Shown: positions 25,410-36,797 of the stretch, piece by piece
Position numbering within the stretch: the first letter of the stretch is position 1
How the letters are laid out: each line of letters begins with the position of its first letter
Origin: Isurus oxyrinchus
Taxonomy: Eukaryota
Length of the DNA stretch: 64,000 nucleotides
NCBI GenBank assembly: GCA_026770705.1
Contig: JANJGN010000003.1
Location: forward strand, 47,802,001-47,866,000
Reading direction: 5' to 3'
The notes under the pieces: generated by a model
The model's database searches: none
What the model saw: only the letters and a program-made list of their open reading frames with translations
Told to the model about the DNA's origin: nothing
Translations under genes and position numbers: made by a program

Positions 25410-28179
25410 GTTCCGGCATTCCACCGCCCAGCAACACCACCCCCTCCAAGTCACTTGAGGTGCAGGTGGAGGCAGAAAGTGCCCAGGGCACTGCAGTCGG
25501 AGACCAGGACACTGCTGAGTCTAAGGCAGGTGAAGAGCCTCTAGAGTTGTCCATTAGGCAGCAGATGCTGGATGTCCAGCACAATGTGCAGGAGGATCTG
25601 GTGGAGATCCATGACGTTCTACGTGCCATGCTCTCTGTTGTGGAGGTGTGCCTGTGGAGCGTGAGCACTGCGTTGACCTTTATGGCCAAGCACACTGCTT
25701 CCGCCATTGAGAGAGTGGTGACCCTCATGGAGATGCAGCTCCAGGGACAGAATCAGGGGTTCCTGGAGTTGTACTCAGACCTGCAAGTGTGGGAGATGGA
25801 TCAGGCACCCAGTATCCCATCTAGGTGCCCACCTAATAATGATGAGCAGGGAGGTCTAGAGTGATCTCACGTTGGTGCACAAGCAACTTGTCATCTCTGC
25901 GGGTTCCTCTCAGGTGCTCTGGATGATGGCAGCAGCTCCTCCGCCCCTCTGCCAGTGTCCTAATGAGGCTGCGATGACTGGGGAGATGCCAGCTGTGGCA
26001 CTGGCCACTCCCTCCCAGATGGAGCCAGCACAACAGCAGAGTCAGCAGGCTGCCCCCAATGCCATTACCAGTGAGGGACACTAAGATGCAGCACTCATAA
26101 ACGTAAATTTTAGGCACCATGAACACAAGAGGGGCGAGGGGCTGTTCATGGGCAATCTTCTGTTCTGTAATGTCTTGTTTACTGGTGTGGAAATGAACAC
26201 CAGAGATGGTAATGTTAATTTGTTTTGAGTGTGAAAATTATATAAATTTTGCTTTTGTTGTAATGGTCTGAGTATGCTTCACTTTTTTTTTGGTGCAGGG
26301 TACGCCAGTATGTAATGCTAGATGTGAGTATCCCTAAACTTTATTGCACAGGCACTGAGTGGGCTTTGGGTTCAATAGAAGGGTCATTTCAGACATCCTG
26401 GATGGAGGTGGCACCCCTGGCATGAGGTGGAAGCAGTTCTTTGGCAGCCTAGCTGAAGGAGTGTTGGGTCAAAATGTCCTTGGTTTCCCTGCCTCCCTGA
26501 AGGTTATTGAGGTCTGGATCCATGCTCCTCACTGTGCTCCTCTTCTAACTCACTACTGGACTCATCCTCTGTGGCCTGTGCAGCTGCCTCAAGAATCTCC
26601 AGTGGGTCCCCCTTGCCAGTGCCAGATTGTGGAGATCGCAGCATTCAACCACTATCAGTGACACCCCCTCTGGGGGCTATTGTAGTGCACCCCCTGAATG
26701 GTCCAGCATCAGGAGCACATCTTCAGAAGACCTATGGTCATCTCTATCACTGCCCTTGTGGAGGCATGACTCCTATTATAATGCTGCTCTGCCTCTGTTC
26801 TTGGGTGGCAGAGAGGTGTCTTAAGCCACCTTTTCAACAGATAGGCCCTGTCACCCAGTAGCCATCCATCCAGTCGGGCTGGAGCACTGAATAGCCTCAG
26901 CACCTGGGAGTGTCTGAGGATATAAGTGTCATGGAAGTTGTCAGGGTACCTTGCACAGACTTGCAGAATCAGCATCCTGTGGTCACACATTATCTGCACG
27001 TTCATTGACTGGAAGCCCTTCCCGTTACGAAAGCACCTGGCTGACCCGCTGGTGCCTTAATGGCCACATGTGTGCTGTCGATTGCACCCTGGATGCGGGG
27101 GAACCCAGCAATCGCTGCAAACTCTCTGGCTCACTCAGCCTGGCTCACTCAGCCTGGCTGGCCAGTCTGTGCGGAAATGAATAAATGTCATTACCTGACT
27201 GAACAGAGCACCAATCACCAGCTTGACAGCTGACTGGGAGACTCCACACAGATGACCCCACTGACCTCTGAAAAGAGCCATAGGCATACAAGTTGAGGGC
27301 TACAGTGACCTTTAGAGCCACTGACATGGGGTGTCCACCCACACAGTTGGAGGTGATCTCAGACCCAATCATCTGGCACATGGAGGCCACAGTCTCCCTG
27401 GAGAGGCAGAGCCTCCTTTGGGCATTGACCTCGAACATATTGAGGTAGCTGCATCGCCGCCTGTAAACCCTGGCACCAGGATAGTGGCGTCTTCTGCTGC
27501 CCCTTCCATCTTGGATTATCTGCTGGCCATTTGCCCCTTGTGCCTGCATCTCTCCTCCCACATGTTGCTCCCCTGGAAGCTGCATTGGGACACCTGGTGT
27601 CCTCTCCCCTTCTGACCCTCTCTTCCACAGAGGAGGAGGTGCCTCCAGCAGAGAGCACAATCCCCATTACCAAGGTTACAGAAAGCTGTCTGATACCTGG
27701 AAGGGTCCACACGGTCAAATCCTCCGGGAGCCTTGGAGACACCAATGAGTCCTGAAATGAAGCCAAGAAATGCTACGTATGAAGCTCAAAATTGAGATGA
27801 AGCTGTCGAGTTCCAATATCCAACCAGCAGCAAACTATCTCCCAAACCCCTCACTATTCACAATGGCAATGCTGCTGACCCTTTTTATCCTGCCCTTGGA
27901 TGAGGTTTTTGCAAACAGTGGGCTGCCCGTCTGCCCGTTTTGCCTGTGCGATGAGCACAAAATCGTGTGGCAACCTAAAATCGGGATCAATTGGATGTTT
28001 AATGGCCTTAAGTGGCCTTTTAATTGATGGCGGGCACAGCTCTGACACCTGCGTGCCCACCTACCTGAAAATTGCACATGTGCGGGAAGACACTGGGACG
28101 CTCGCCCGACATCATCTTGGGTGATTTGATGCCCAGTCAGGTCGGGCACGTGCTCCCTGTGAGGTGTAAAATTCTGCCC
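25410..28179 (-). mobile_element. Harbinger family A copy, one end missing
   Basis: Collinear with 32930-35841; ends AAAATTCTGCCC. Confidence 0.85.
26440..27668 (-). pseudogene. Harbinger transposase pseudogene, family A
   Basis: MNVQIMCDHRMLILQVCARYPDNFHD..WLLGDRAY..TRAVIEMTIGLLKM; several frameshifts. Confidence 0.9.
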
Positions 28180-29528
28180 TATGATTCTGAGAACACGTGC
28201 AGACTCTTAATTACACAAGTTAAATTTGCTGAAATCCTAAGAATGATAGTTTGAACTTCATTGGATGTTTTATAATGAGTCATTCTTTTGCAAGTTTATC
28301 AATATCTCCGTCTTTTCTTCCTATGGGCATGACTGCACCATGCCGCATACATGGTTGAGGGGATGGAATTTCAATCCACATCGCAGGCTTCTACCTGCAG
28401 GAGATGTGCAAGAATAGCCTGAGGTGATTTCTTCTCCGATTTCTTTTCTTGAGAAGTACTTGACACAGCTGAGATTGGGAATTCTGGACTTCAAGAATTA
28501 TAGGCATCAATCCATCTAATGCACAGTTATGTTGAACTTCACTTTGTCACTCATTACATTTAAACTTGCTGTGCTTCCTTGCACCTTAGACATAACAGAC
28601 CATAAGATGTTAAAAAAGGAAAGCTTTATGACATAATTGGCTTCGCAACAATGGACACCTTGTTATAGCATTAATAGCTTAGCAACAGCTTGCAGAGTAG
28701 ACTGGCACTAAGCCAGCTCTTAACCAAACAAGCTACATCTGCTCATAGATACAACAGGAATCAGCAACATTGCTGACTTCCCTTCATGCTGCTTTGACTG
28801 CTGTAAGCAAATCAGAAGCCAGTACAACATGTCAGTCTCTACCATACCCAGTCCTTGCCTTATCTTAGCTAAATTGGTGATAAATTCATGGTAATTCCAT
28901 GTCTGGCCTCCACAGAATCACATAATTGTTATGGCACAGAAGGATGCCATTCGGTCCATTGTGTCTGCACCAGCTCCCCGAGCATTTTAACTGGGTGCCA
29001 ATCACCTGTCTTTTCCCCTGTAACCCTGCACATTGTTTCTATTTAAATAATCATCCAATACCCTCTTGAATGCCTCAGTTGAACCTGCCTCCACCACATT
29101 TCCAGACAGTGCATTCCTAACTACTCGCTGTTTGAAAATATTTTTTCTCAACATGCATTTGCTTCTTTTGGAAAACACTTTAAAACTGTGCCCTCTGGTT
29201 CTCGATCCATTCATGAGCAGGAACAGCTTCTCCCGATCTACTCTGTCCAGGCCCCTCATGATTTTGAAAACTTTTATCAAGTTTCCTCTTAGCCTTCTCC
29301 TCTCCAAGGAAAACAGTCCCAACTTCTCCAATCTTTCCTCATAACTGAAGTGTCTCATCCCTGGAACCATTCTCATAAACCTCTTCTGCAGACTTTCCAA
29401 TGCATTCACATCCTTCCTATAGTGCGGCGCCCAGAACTGTACACAATACTCCAGCTGAGGATTGACTAGTAACCTATAAAAGTTCATCAAAACTTCCCTG
29501 CTCCTGTACTCTATGCCCTATTAGTGAA

Positions 29529-30689
29529 GGTGTGGCTATGAGTACCCACATGGGCCCCAGTTATGCCTGTCTCTTTATGGGGTATGTGGAACATTTCTTG
29601 TTCCAGTCCTACTCAGGTCCCCTCCCACAACTCTTTCTTTGGCACATTGATGACTGTTTCAGTGCCACATCTGCACCTGGAAAAATTTTTCAATTTTGCT
29701 TCCAATTTCCACCCCTCCATCACCTTCACATGGTCCATCTCTGACACTTCGCTTCACTTCCTTGACCTCTCTGTTTCAATTTCTGATTATAGGTTGTCCA
29801 CCAATATTCACTACAAGTCCACTGACTCCCACAGCTACCTCGACTACAGCTCCTCACACCCTACTTCCTGTAAGGACTCCATCCCATTCTCTCAGTTGCT
29901 TCGTCTCCATTGCATCTGTTCTGATGATGTCACTTTCCAAAACGGCGCTTCTGACATGTCTTCCTTCTTCCTTAACCGAGGTTTCCCATCCACTGTGGTT
30001 GACAGGGCCCTCAACTGTGTCCGACTCATCTCCCGCGCCTCTGCCCTCACACATTCCTCTCCCTCCCAGAACCATGATAGGGTCCCCCTTGTCCTCATTT
30101 TTCACCCCACCAGCCTCCGCATTCAAAGGATCATCATCCACCATTTCCGCCAAATGCAGCATGATGCCACCATCAAACATATCTTCCCTGCACCCCTCCT
30201 GTCAGCATTCCGTACGGGACACGCTGGTCCACTCCTCCATCACCCCCAATACCTCATTCCCCCTCCCATGGCACCTTCTCATGCAATTGTAGAAGGTGCA
30301 ACACCTGCCCCTTTACCTCTTCCCTCTTTACCGCCCAAAGGCCCAAACACTCCTTTCAGCTGAAGCAGCACTTCATTTGCACCTCCTTCAATTTGGTCTA
30401 CTGTGTTCGCTGCTCCCAATGTGGTTTCCTCTACATTGGAAAGACCAAATGCAGACTGGGTGACTGCTTTGTGGAACACCTTCGGTCTGTCAGCAAGCAT
30501 GACCCAGACCTTCCTGTTGCTTACCATTTCAACACATCATCCTGCTCTCGTGCCCACATGTCCACCCTTGGTCTGCTGCAATGTTCCAGTGAAGCTCAAC
30601 GCAAACTGGAGGAGCAGCACCTCATCTTCCGATTAGGCACTTTACAACCTTCCGTACTTAACTTTGAGTTCAACAACTTCAGACCATGA
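29529..30689 (+). pseudogene. PLE reverse transcriptase C-terminus + Zn-finger linker + GIY-YIG endonuclease (frameshifted)
   Basis: GVAMSTHMGPSYACLFMG, WHIDD, FLDLSV, CNCRRCNTC linker, LVYCVRCSQCGFLYIGKTKCRL..EH..LEEQHLIFRLGTLQPSVLN. Confidence 0.9.
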
Positions 30690-31147
30690 ACTCGCTCCTC
30701 CATCCTCACCCCTTCTTTTATCCCCTTTTTTTAATATTCATTTTCATTTTTATTTTTTATCCACTTATTTTTATTTTTATTTATTTATTTTCATTTTTAT
30801 TCACTGTTTCGTCCCCACCTTTTATCCTATTTTCAATCTTTTTTCCCACCTCCCCCCACCCCACTCCCACAAGGACCATCTGTCACTTGTTCATGTTGCT
30901 CTTTCCAGAGTGCCTACCCTTGTCCTGCCATTATCACATTCTGCTTTCTGACCTTAATGCCACCATCAGCACCTCCATTATCCAGTATCACTATCATTGA
31001 CACCCCCTTGTCCTTTTGTCTATGACATCTCTGGCAATCTCTCCTTTGCCTCCACCTATCACTGGCCTATCCAGTTTCACCTGCTCCACCCCGCACCCCC
31101 CCCCCCCCCCTTAAACAGTATAAATTTCATCACATTTTTACCACGTT

Positions 31148-31190
31148 TTTGCTCTGAAGAAGAGTCATATGGACCTGAAATGTTACGTCT
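31148..31190 (+). ncRNA. Degenerate minimal hammerhead-ribozyme motif in the PLE 3' repeat
   Basis: CTGAAGA (31154-31160), stem II AGAGTC/GACCT, GAAA (31177-31180), TGTT; expected position for PLE hammerheads. Confidence 0.5.
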
Positions 31191-32848
31191 TTTTTTTTTC
31201 TCTCCACTGTTGCTGTTAGACCTGCTGATTTTTTCCAGCATTTTCTGTTTTTGTTTCAGGTTTCCAGCATCCGCAGTATTTTGCTTTTACCCCCTATTAA
31301 TGAAACCTATAATACTGTATGTTTTAGAAACAGCTTTCTCTACCTGTCCTGCCACCTTTAATGGACTTATGTACATATACACCCAGGTGTCTCTGCTCCT
31401 GCACACCCTTCAGAATAGTATCCTTTGTTTTATACTGTCTCTCCATGTTCTTTGTACCAAAGTGTATCATCTTACACTTCTCTGCATTGACCTTCATCTG
31501 TCACCTATCTACCCTCTTCACCAGTGTGTCAATGTCCTTTTGAAGTTCTACACTGCCCTCACAGTTAACAATTCTCCTAAGTTTTGTGTCGCACGCAAAC
31601 TTTGAAATTATCTCCTGCACACCAAGATCTAGATCCTTTATATATATCAGGAAAAGCAAGGGCCCCAATGCCGACCCCTGTGGAACTCCACTACAAACCT
31701 TCTTCCTGCTTGAAAAATACCCATTAACTATTACTCTCTGTTTCCTATCCCTCAGCCAATTTTGTATCCACGTTGGTACTGTCCCTTTTATTCCATGACA
31801 TATAACTTTCCTCAAGTCTGTTGTGTGGCACTGTATCAAACACCTTTTGGAAGTCCATATACACCACATCAACTGCCTTGCCCTCATCAACCATTGCTGT
31901 TACCTCTTCAATAAACTCCAGCAAGTTACTGAGATGCTGATGTCACTTAATGCAGCCATCACCCTTTCCCCTCAGCCCCACCCCCACCCCCCCTCTCTGA
32001 GTACAGTAACAGCATTGAATCCTTCACAGCTTGTATCCCTCGATGGGTGTGCCAGTAGATATTGCCCATGCCTAGTTCACCCTGAGAGGGTTGAGCTGGG
32101 ATGTGTTCTGCATCCGCAGCATGTGTGACACTGACACCCAGAGTATAGAATGGGGTTGAAAGTCAAGGATCTGCACCTAGGCAGAGTGCTGGAACTGGGA
32201 AGCCTGTCGAAGTCATGCTGGCAGGGGAGCTTCCAGTTGGCGGGGCACCAATTCATCTGCTGGTCTTTTTGCTCCACGTGCTTGTGCCTCCTTGCTTAGC
32301 AAAGGAACACCTTGCAGTGCCACATGTGAAGGAGGCAGCATTTGGGCAATGGAGGGCGTCAGCTCTGGCTTCTTTGTGTGAGTGTGCGGCAGCTGCAGGG
32401 TGATGAAGAACTGGAGTCCTGCAATGTCCCACTCTGGCTGGGTTGGCAGGGATGCGATGGGAATTCAGGTGCAGGCTGGACTAATCAATGTTCTCTCCTT
32501 TTCAGGAGAAGGCTGCGCACAATTCTGCAGAGTGGATATGGACTGTCTGAGGCCAGGCCCAGTTGGCGATCCTAACACCTTACAAGTTGTAGGCCATGGA
32601 TTTGGAGAGGCACCATGCCCCCAGGTGGCGGTGAGGCTGGAGTGCCACAGGAAGTATGTTTGGCAAGCACTCAGGTCGCCATGTGTGTCCCAGAAGCCAT
32701 GGCACTGCTGAATGCTCAGCGACTGAAGTTTGCAACATGGGTTGACCATTGATTATGGAAGGATGAGCACATAATGATCCGGGGAGCGGCATGCAAGTTG
32801 ACATTAGTAACAGGGCAGACAATCAAATGTCCTTTTTCTTTCTTTCAG

Positions 32849-33790
32849 GGGCAGGGCCAGGAGGAGGATGAGACAGAGAGCCCATCTCTTACCCGTGAGG
32901 CCCCAGAGCAAATCCACTCACCAGCGTCACACCAGCCGACACCAGCGCAGATACTAGCACCTTGGTGGGAATTAGGTCTTCGGCTAGTGTCCCAGGGCAC
33001 AGCGGTGAGGGCACTTCACACTCGCTTGAGGTGCAGGCAGAGACAGAGAGTGCCCAGGGCACCAGCAGTCGGAGGACTGCCGGGGACCAGGTACATGCTC
33101 GGTCGGTGGCTGATGACGTGCCTCTGGAGTCGACTGTGAGGCAGCGAATTCTGGAAGTGCAGCAGGGTATGCGGGACTATCTGGCGGAGATACATGAGGC
33201 TGTGTATGGCATGGTGCCCCGTGCTGGAGGAGTCCATGTGGAGCATCACCGATGCAATGAGCCTCATGGCTGAGCACCATGCTTCCTCCATGGAAAGAGT
33301 GGCGACCCTTGTGGAGAGGCTCCTCCAGGAGACCAATCAGGACCTCCTGGGGTTGCACTCAGACCTGCAAGCCCTCACAGCGGCATTGACCTCAGCTGGT
33401 CAGTGCCAATGTGGGAGACGCTTTGGGCACCAAGTATCCCAGCTCGGTGCCCATCCATCTACGATGAGCAGGGGGGTCTGAACCGACCTCACTTCAGCGC
33501 AGCAGCTGCCTGTCATCTCTGCAGGCTCCCCTCAGGACGCTCCAGATGAGGGCAGCAGCTCTTCCGTCCTCCTGCTAGTGACTGTGGCATGCGATGAGGC
33601 TAAAGTGACTAGGGAGAAGCTGGCTTTGGAACTGGCTGCTCCCTCCCAGGCTGCACAGGGCAGAGGACATCTGCCAAGGTCATCGAGCCCAACAGGACAG
33701 CACAGTGAACAGGCTGTCTCAGATGCTAGTGCCAGCGAGGGGACAGCACTTAGACGTAGCACCCATAAGCGTAAATTTAAGGCACCTTAG
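32849..33790 (+). pseudogene. 3' exon of the Harbinger second ORF (coiled coil, S/A-rich, basic tail), frameshifted
   Basis: Acceptor TTTCTTTCTTTCAG at ~32848; SMERVATLVERLLQETNQDLLGLHSDLQAL; ends RRSTHKRKFKAP*; homologous to 25410-26120. Confidence 0.65.
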
Positions 33791-33905
33791 GCACACCACA
33801 GGTTTCTCACTGGTGCTTTTTTGTTGGCCCATAGTAGTTTCTGGAAGACTTGCTGTGATGTCCAACACCTTTTTTCTTTGTTTATGAAGTGACATTTCTT
33901 CACTT

Positions 33906-34009
33906 AATAAATTTTGTCATGTTACCATGCCTCAGGGTGATTCCTTACTTCTGCAGGTGGACGGGAACCCATGAAGTTATGAATGAGTTATTTGGCATTG
34001 AGCTTTATT
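33906..34009. terminator. Opposed polyadenylation signals between the convergent Harbinger ORFs
   Basis: AATAAA at 33906-33911 (+) downstream of ORF2; TTTATT at 34004-34009 (AATAAA on -) downstream of the transposase stop. Confidence 0.45.
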
Positions 34010-34113
34010 GACAAGGGACTTAGTTAATGTTAGTGTCCAGGCTGATTTAGCACTCAAGTATCGAGTGTGGAGCCTGCAGCCCTGGCATATGTTGAAGGTC
34101 CATCTGTGGTGGG

Positions 34114-35349
34114 CTAGCTGAAGGTTCTTTGGATTAAAGCATCCTGCATCTTCCTGCTTCCTTGGAGTATGCCCGGATCAGCATTTACCCCCTCAGCGTT
34201 CTCCTGTGTGTGCTCATCCTCGGACTCACTGCTGGACTCATTGTGTGCATCCGGAGAAACTGCGTCTACATCTTCCTCATCCACTGCATCGCCACTTTCC
34301 AGCGCCAGATTGTGGAGAGCACAGCCTGCAGCCACTATCAGCGACACACAGTCTGGGGGGTATCGTAGAGCATCCCCTGAGCAACCCAGGCATCGGAAGC
34401 ACATCTTGAGAAGAGCGATGGCTCGCTCCACCACAGCCCTTGTGAAGCCGTGGCTCCTACTGTACTGCTGCACAGCTTCTGTTCTTGGATGGCAGAGATG
34501 CATCATGAGCCACCTTCTGAGGGAATAGCCCTTGTCACCCAGCAGCCACCCATCCAGCCGGGCTGGAGCACTGAAGAGCCCCGGCACCTGGGAGTGTCTG
34601 AGTATGTAGACGTCATGGGAGCTGTCTGGGTACCTTGCACAGACTTGTAGAATCAGCATCCTGTGATCACACACTATCTGCACGTTCATGGAGTGGAAGC
34701 CCTTCCTGTTGACGAAGGCATCGGGCTCACCTGCTGGCACCTTGATGGCCACATGTGTACAGTCTATTGCACTCTGGACGTGGGGGAAGCCAGCAATGGC
34801 CATGAAGCCTCTGGCTCGCTGTATCTTACTTGCCTGGTCCCAGCGGTAGTGGATGAAAGTCAATGCCCGTCTGAACAGAGTGTCTGTGACCTGCTTGACA
34901 CAAATGTGGACAGCTGATTGGGAGGCTCCACAAAGATCACCCACTGACCCCTGGAACGAGCTAGAGACATAGAAGTTGAGGGCAGCTGTGGCCTTTAGAG
35001 CCATTGGCATGAGGTGCCCACCCACACAGTTTGCAGAGATCTCAGGGCCTATCATCTGACAGTTGGAGGTGACTGTCTCCCTTGAGAGACGGAGCCTCCT
35101 TCGGCACTGCATCTCAGACATATTGAGGTAGTTGCTTTGCCGTTTGTATGCCCTGGCATCAGGATAGTGGCATCTTCTGCGGCCCCTTCTGCTTTTGAAT
35201 TCCTGTTGGCCCTGTGCCCCTTGTGCCTGCACTTCTCCTCCCAAAGGTAGCTCCCCTGGAGGCTGAGTGTGGACTCCTGGCCTCCTTCCCCTTCTGGCCC
35301 TCCCTTCCTCCTCAGAGGAGGTGCCTCCAGTGGAGAACACAACTCCCAT
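34114..35349 (-). CDS. Harbinger DDE transposase (HARBI1-like), uninterrupted ORF, ~411 aa from ATG 35349
   Basis: ALNFYVSSSFQ HTH region, AIDCTHVAI, NRKGFHSMNVQ, SSHD, LLGDKGY, RAVVERAIALLK, CALHN; no stop or frameshift. Confidence 0.88.
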   Translation of the reverse strand: MGVVFSTGGTSSEEEGRARRGRRPGVHTQPPGELPLGGEVQAQGAQGQQEFKSRRGRRRCHYPDARAYKRQSNYLNMSEMQCRRRLRLSRETVTSNCQMIGPEISANCVGGHLMPMALKATAALNFYVSSSFQGSVGDLCGASQSAVHICVKQVTDTLFRRALTFIHYRWDQASKIQRARGFMAIAGFPHVQSAIDCTHVAIKVPAGEPDAFVNRKGFHSMNVQIVCDHRMLILQVCARYPDSSHDVYILRHSQVPGLFSAPARLDGWLLGDKGYSLRRWLMMHLCHPRTEAVQQYSRSHGFTRAVVERAIALLKMCFRCLGCSGDALRYPPDCVSLIVAAGCALHNLALESGDAVDEEDVDAVSPDAHNESSSESEDEHTQENAEGVNADPGILQGSRKMQDALIQRTFS

Positions 35350-36597
35350 TCCAAGGCTAAGTGAAGGCTTCCTGAAAGCTGCAGGTCCCAAAAATGATCT
35401 TTATTGTAGAGTCCTGACCAAGGCTTTTACTCCTGTCCAAGCAGCTGGTATGAGTTTTGAAGTATTCCTGCTCACACAGGCAAGTATAAGTAACTTTCAC
35501 ACTTAAATACCTGAAAGAGCACATTCGCGACCCCACTCGCCCCACTTATGCCGCCCGTGAATGAGACATTATATGAATGTCTCCTACCCGCCTGCCTATT
35601 GCACCCGTGCGACATCCTGAAGATCGCACGGGCTGCGAAAAATCATATTCAATTTCTGCCTCAAGGGCCTTAACTGGCCCATTAATCAATGGTGGGAGGA
35701 CATCCAAACTCATAGCGCATCCGCCTTCCGAAATATGATGGTGCACGGTGACATCGGGACGCACGCCTGATGTCACTGCGCGTCACTTTACATGTCGGCG
35801 TGCGGGTCCCGCCCCCACATGACAACGGGGAAATTCTGCCCCTAGTTCCTTTAGGATGAAGAGAATTGCCTAACATGAATGGTTTACCTAACTGTTCCAG
35901 ATATACAGTAATATCATGCTCAAACTCTGACTAAAAAATCTCCAAACCTTATTCTTGGTTTATTTTATTAAATCTGTTTTAAAAAGCTCAGGAATAAAGA
36001 TAGGAAGAAAATACTGACTCGTATAAATTATCTCTTTTAAATTAAGTAACTAAAGGTGCTAAGTCTATTTCGGCTGCCCAATATTCATCAGATACAATAT
36101 GAGGGTACCTATTGACTCACAAGTATGATTGGCAATGCAGCAACATCTCTATTTTAACAAGGGCACGAGAGGGTTATTATGAGCGCAAGTAAAGAGGCAA
36201 GGCCCTATCCCAGAGGGAAGAGTTGAAATCTTGGAGACTATGCCCCCTTTGGCCAGATGTGAGCACCTTCCTAGTGATTGGTTGCAGAGTAACATGTTGG
36301 AAGTATGAGATTAAACCAAGACGTGCAAAACAAGAAATGATATCTAGATGATATTAATTGTAACATTTTGAACCAGAGACCACCTCTGGTGAAAGGGATT
36401 CCTTCCTTAAAATTAACTAGACAAACACAGATGTAAGATAATTAGAAATGCTTTCACCTCTCATATAAATCTGTAACCTTAGCTAAGGCTGAAAGAATTT
36501 TAATTGTAATTTAATAGCGAAGTTTAATGTAATCGTCAAGCAATTACTTATGATAATTGGAACTACATGCCTGATAATACTTAGGGGCCCTGTATAT

Positions 36598-36797
36598 CCC
36601 ATAGGGCTGCGGATGCTCAGTCATTGAGTGTATTCAAGGCAGGATTTGATAGATTTTTGGAGACTAAGCAATCAAGGAATATGGGGATAGTGCAAAAATG
36701 TGGTGTTGAGATAGAAGATCAGCAATTATTGCATAGTAGTGAATGCTCAAATTGCCAAATGGCCCAATCCTGCTGCAATTTCTTATGTTCTTATTTA
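36598..36797 (+). mobile_element. CR1 3' end fragment
   Basis: SVFKAGFDRFL..GI coding end; TTCTTATGTTCTTAT tail. Confidence 0.75.

Larger units (their letters stand above)
19731..25410 (+). mobile_element. Large decayed PIF/Harbinger element (family B), right end missing
   Basis: Left end GGCCTGGATGTT..GCGAGAAGGCC..AAACCAATT matches the 45512 end; contains a + strand transposase and - strand second-ORF remnants. Confidence 0.75.
29529..31291 (+). mobile_element. Penelope-like retroelement (Neptune-type), 5'-truncated
   Basis: Near-identical 13-bp TSD CCCTATTAGTGAA (29516-29528) / CCCTATTAATGAA (31292-31304); RT, GIY-YIG and 3' pseudo-LTR. Confidence 0.9.
28912..31927 (-). mobile_element. 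CR1 LINE interrupted by a Penelope-like element
   Basis: 3' half LVNPQLEYCVQFWAPHYRKD (29002-29490); 5' half SGVPQGSALGPLLF..KFACD (31500-31750). Confidence 0.9.
31930..35841 (-). mobile_element. PIF/Harbinger element family A with two convergent ORFs; distal end not found
   Basis: Terminal AAATTCTGCCC at 35831-35841; subterminal region is the reverse complement of 5126-5420. Confidence 0.88.

Noticed and set aside
34114-35391. Calling the ORF the host gene HARBI1
   Set aside because: It lies inside a TIR-bounded element with two further copies in this window, so it is a transposon ORF. The track's start at 35391 is non-ATG.
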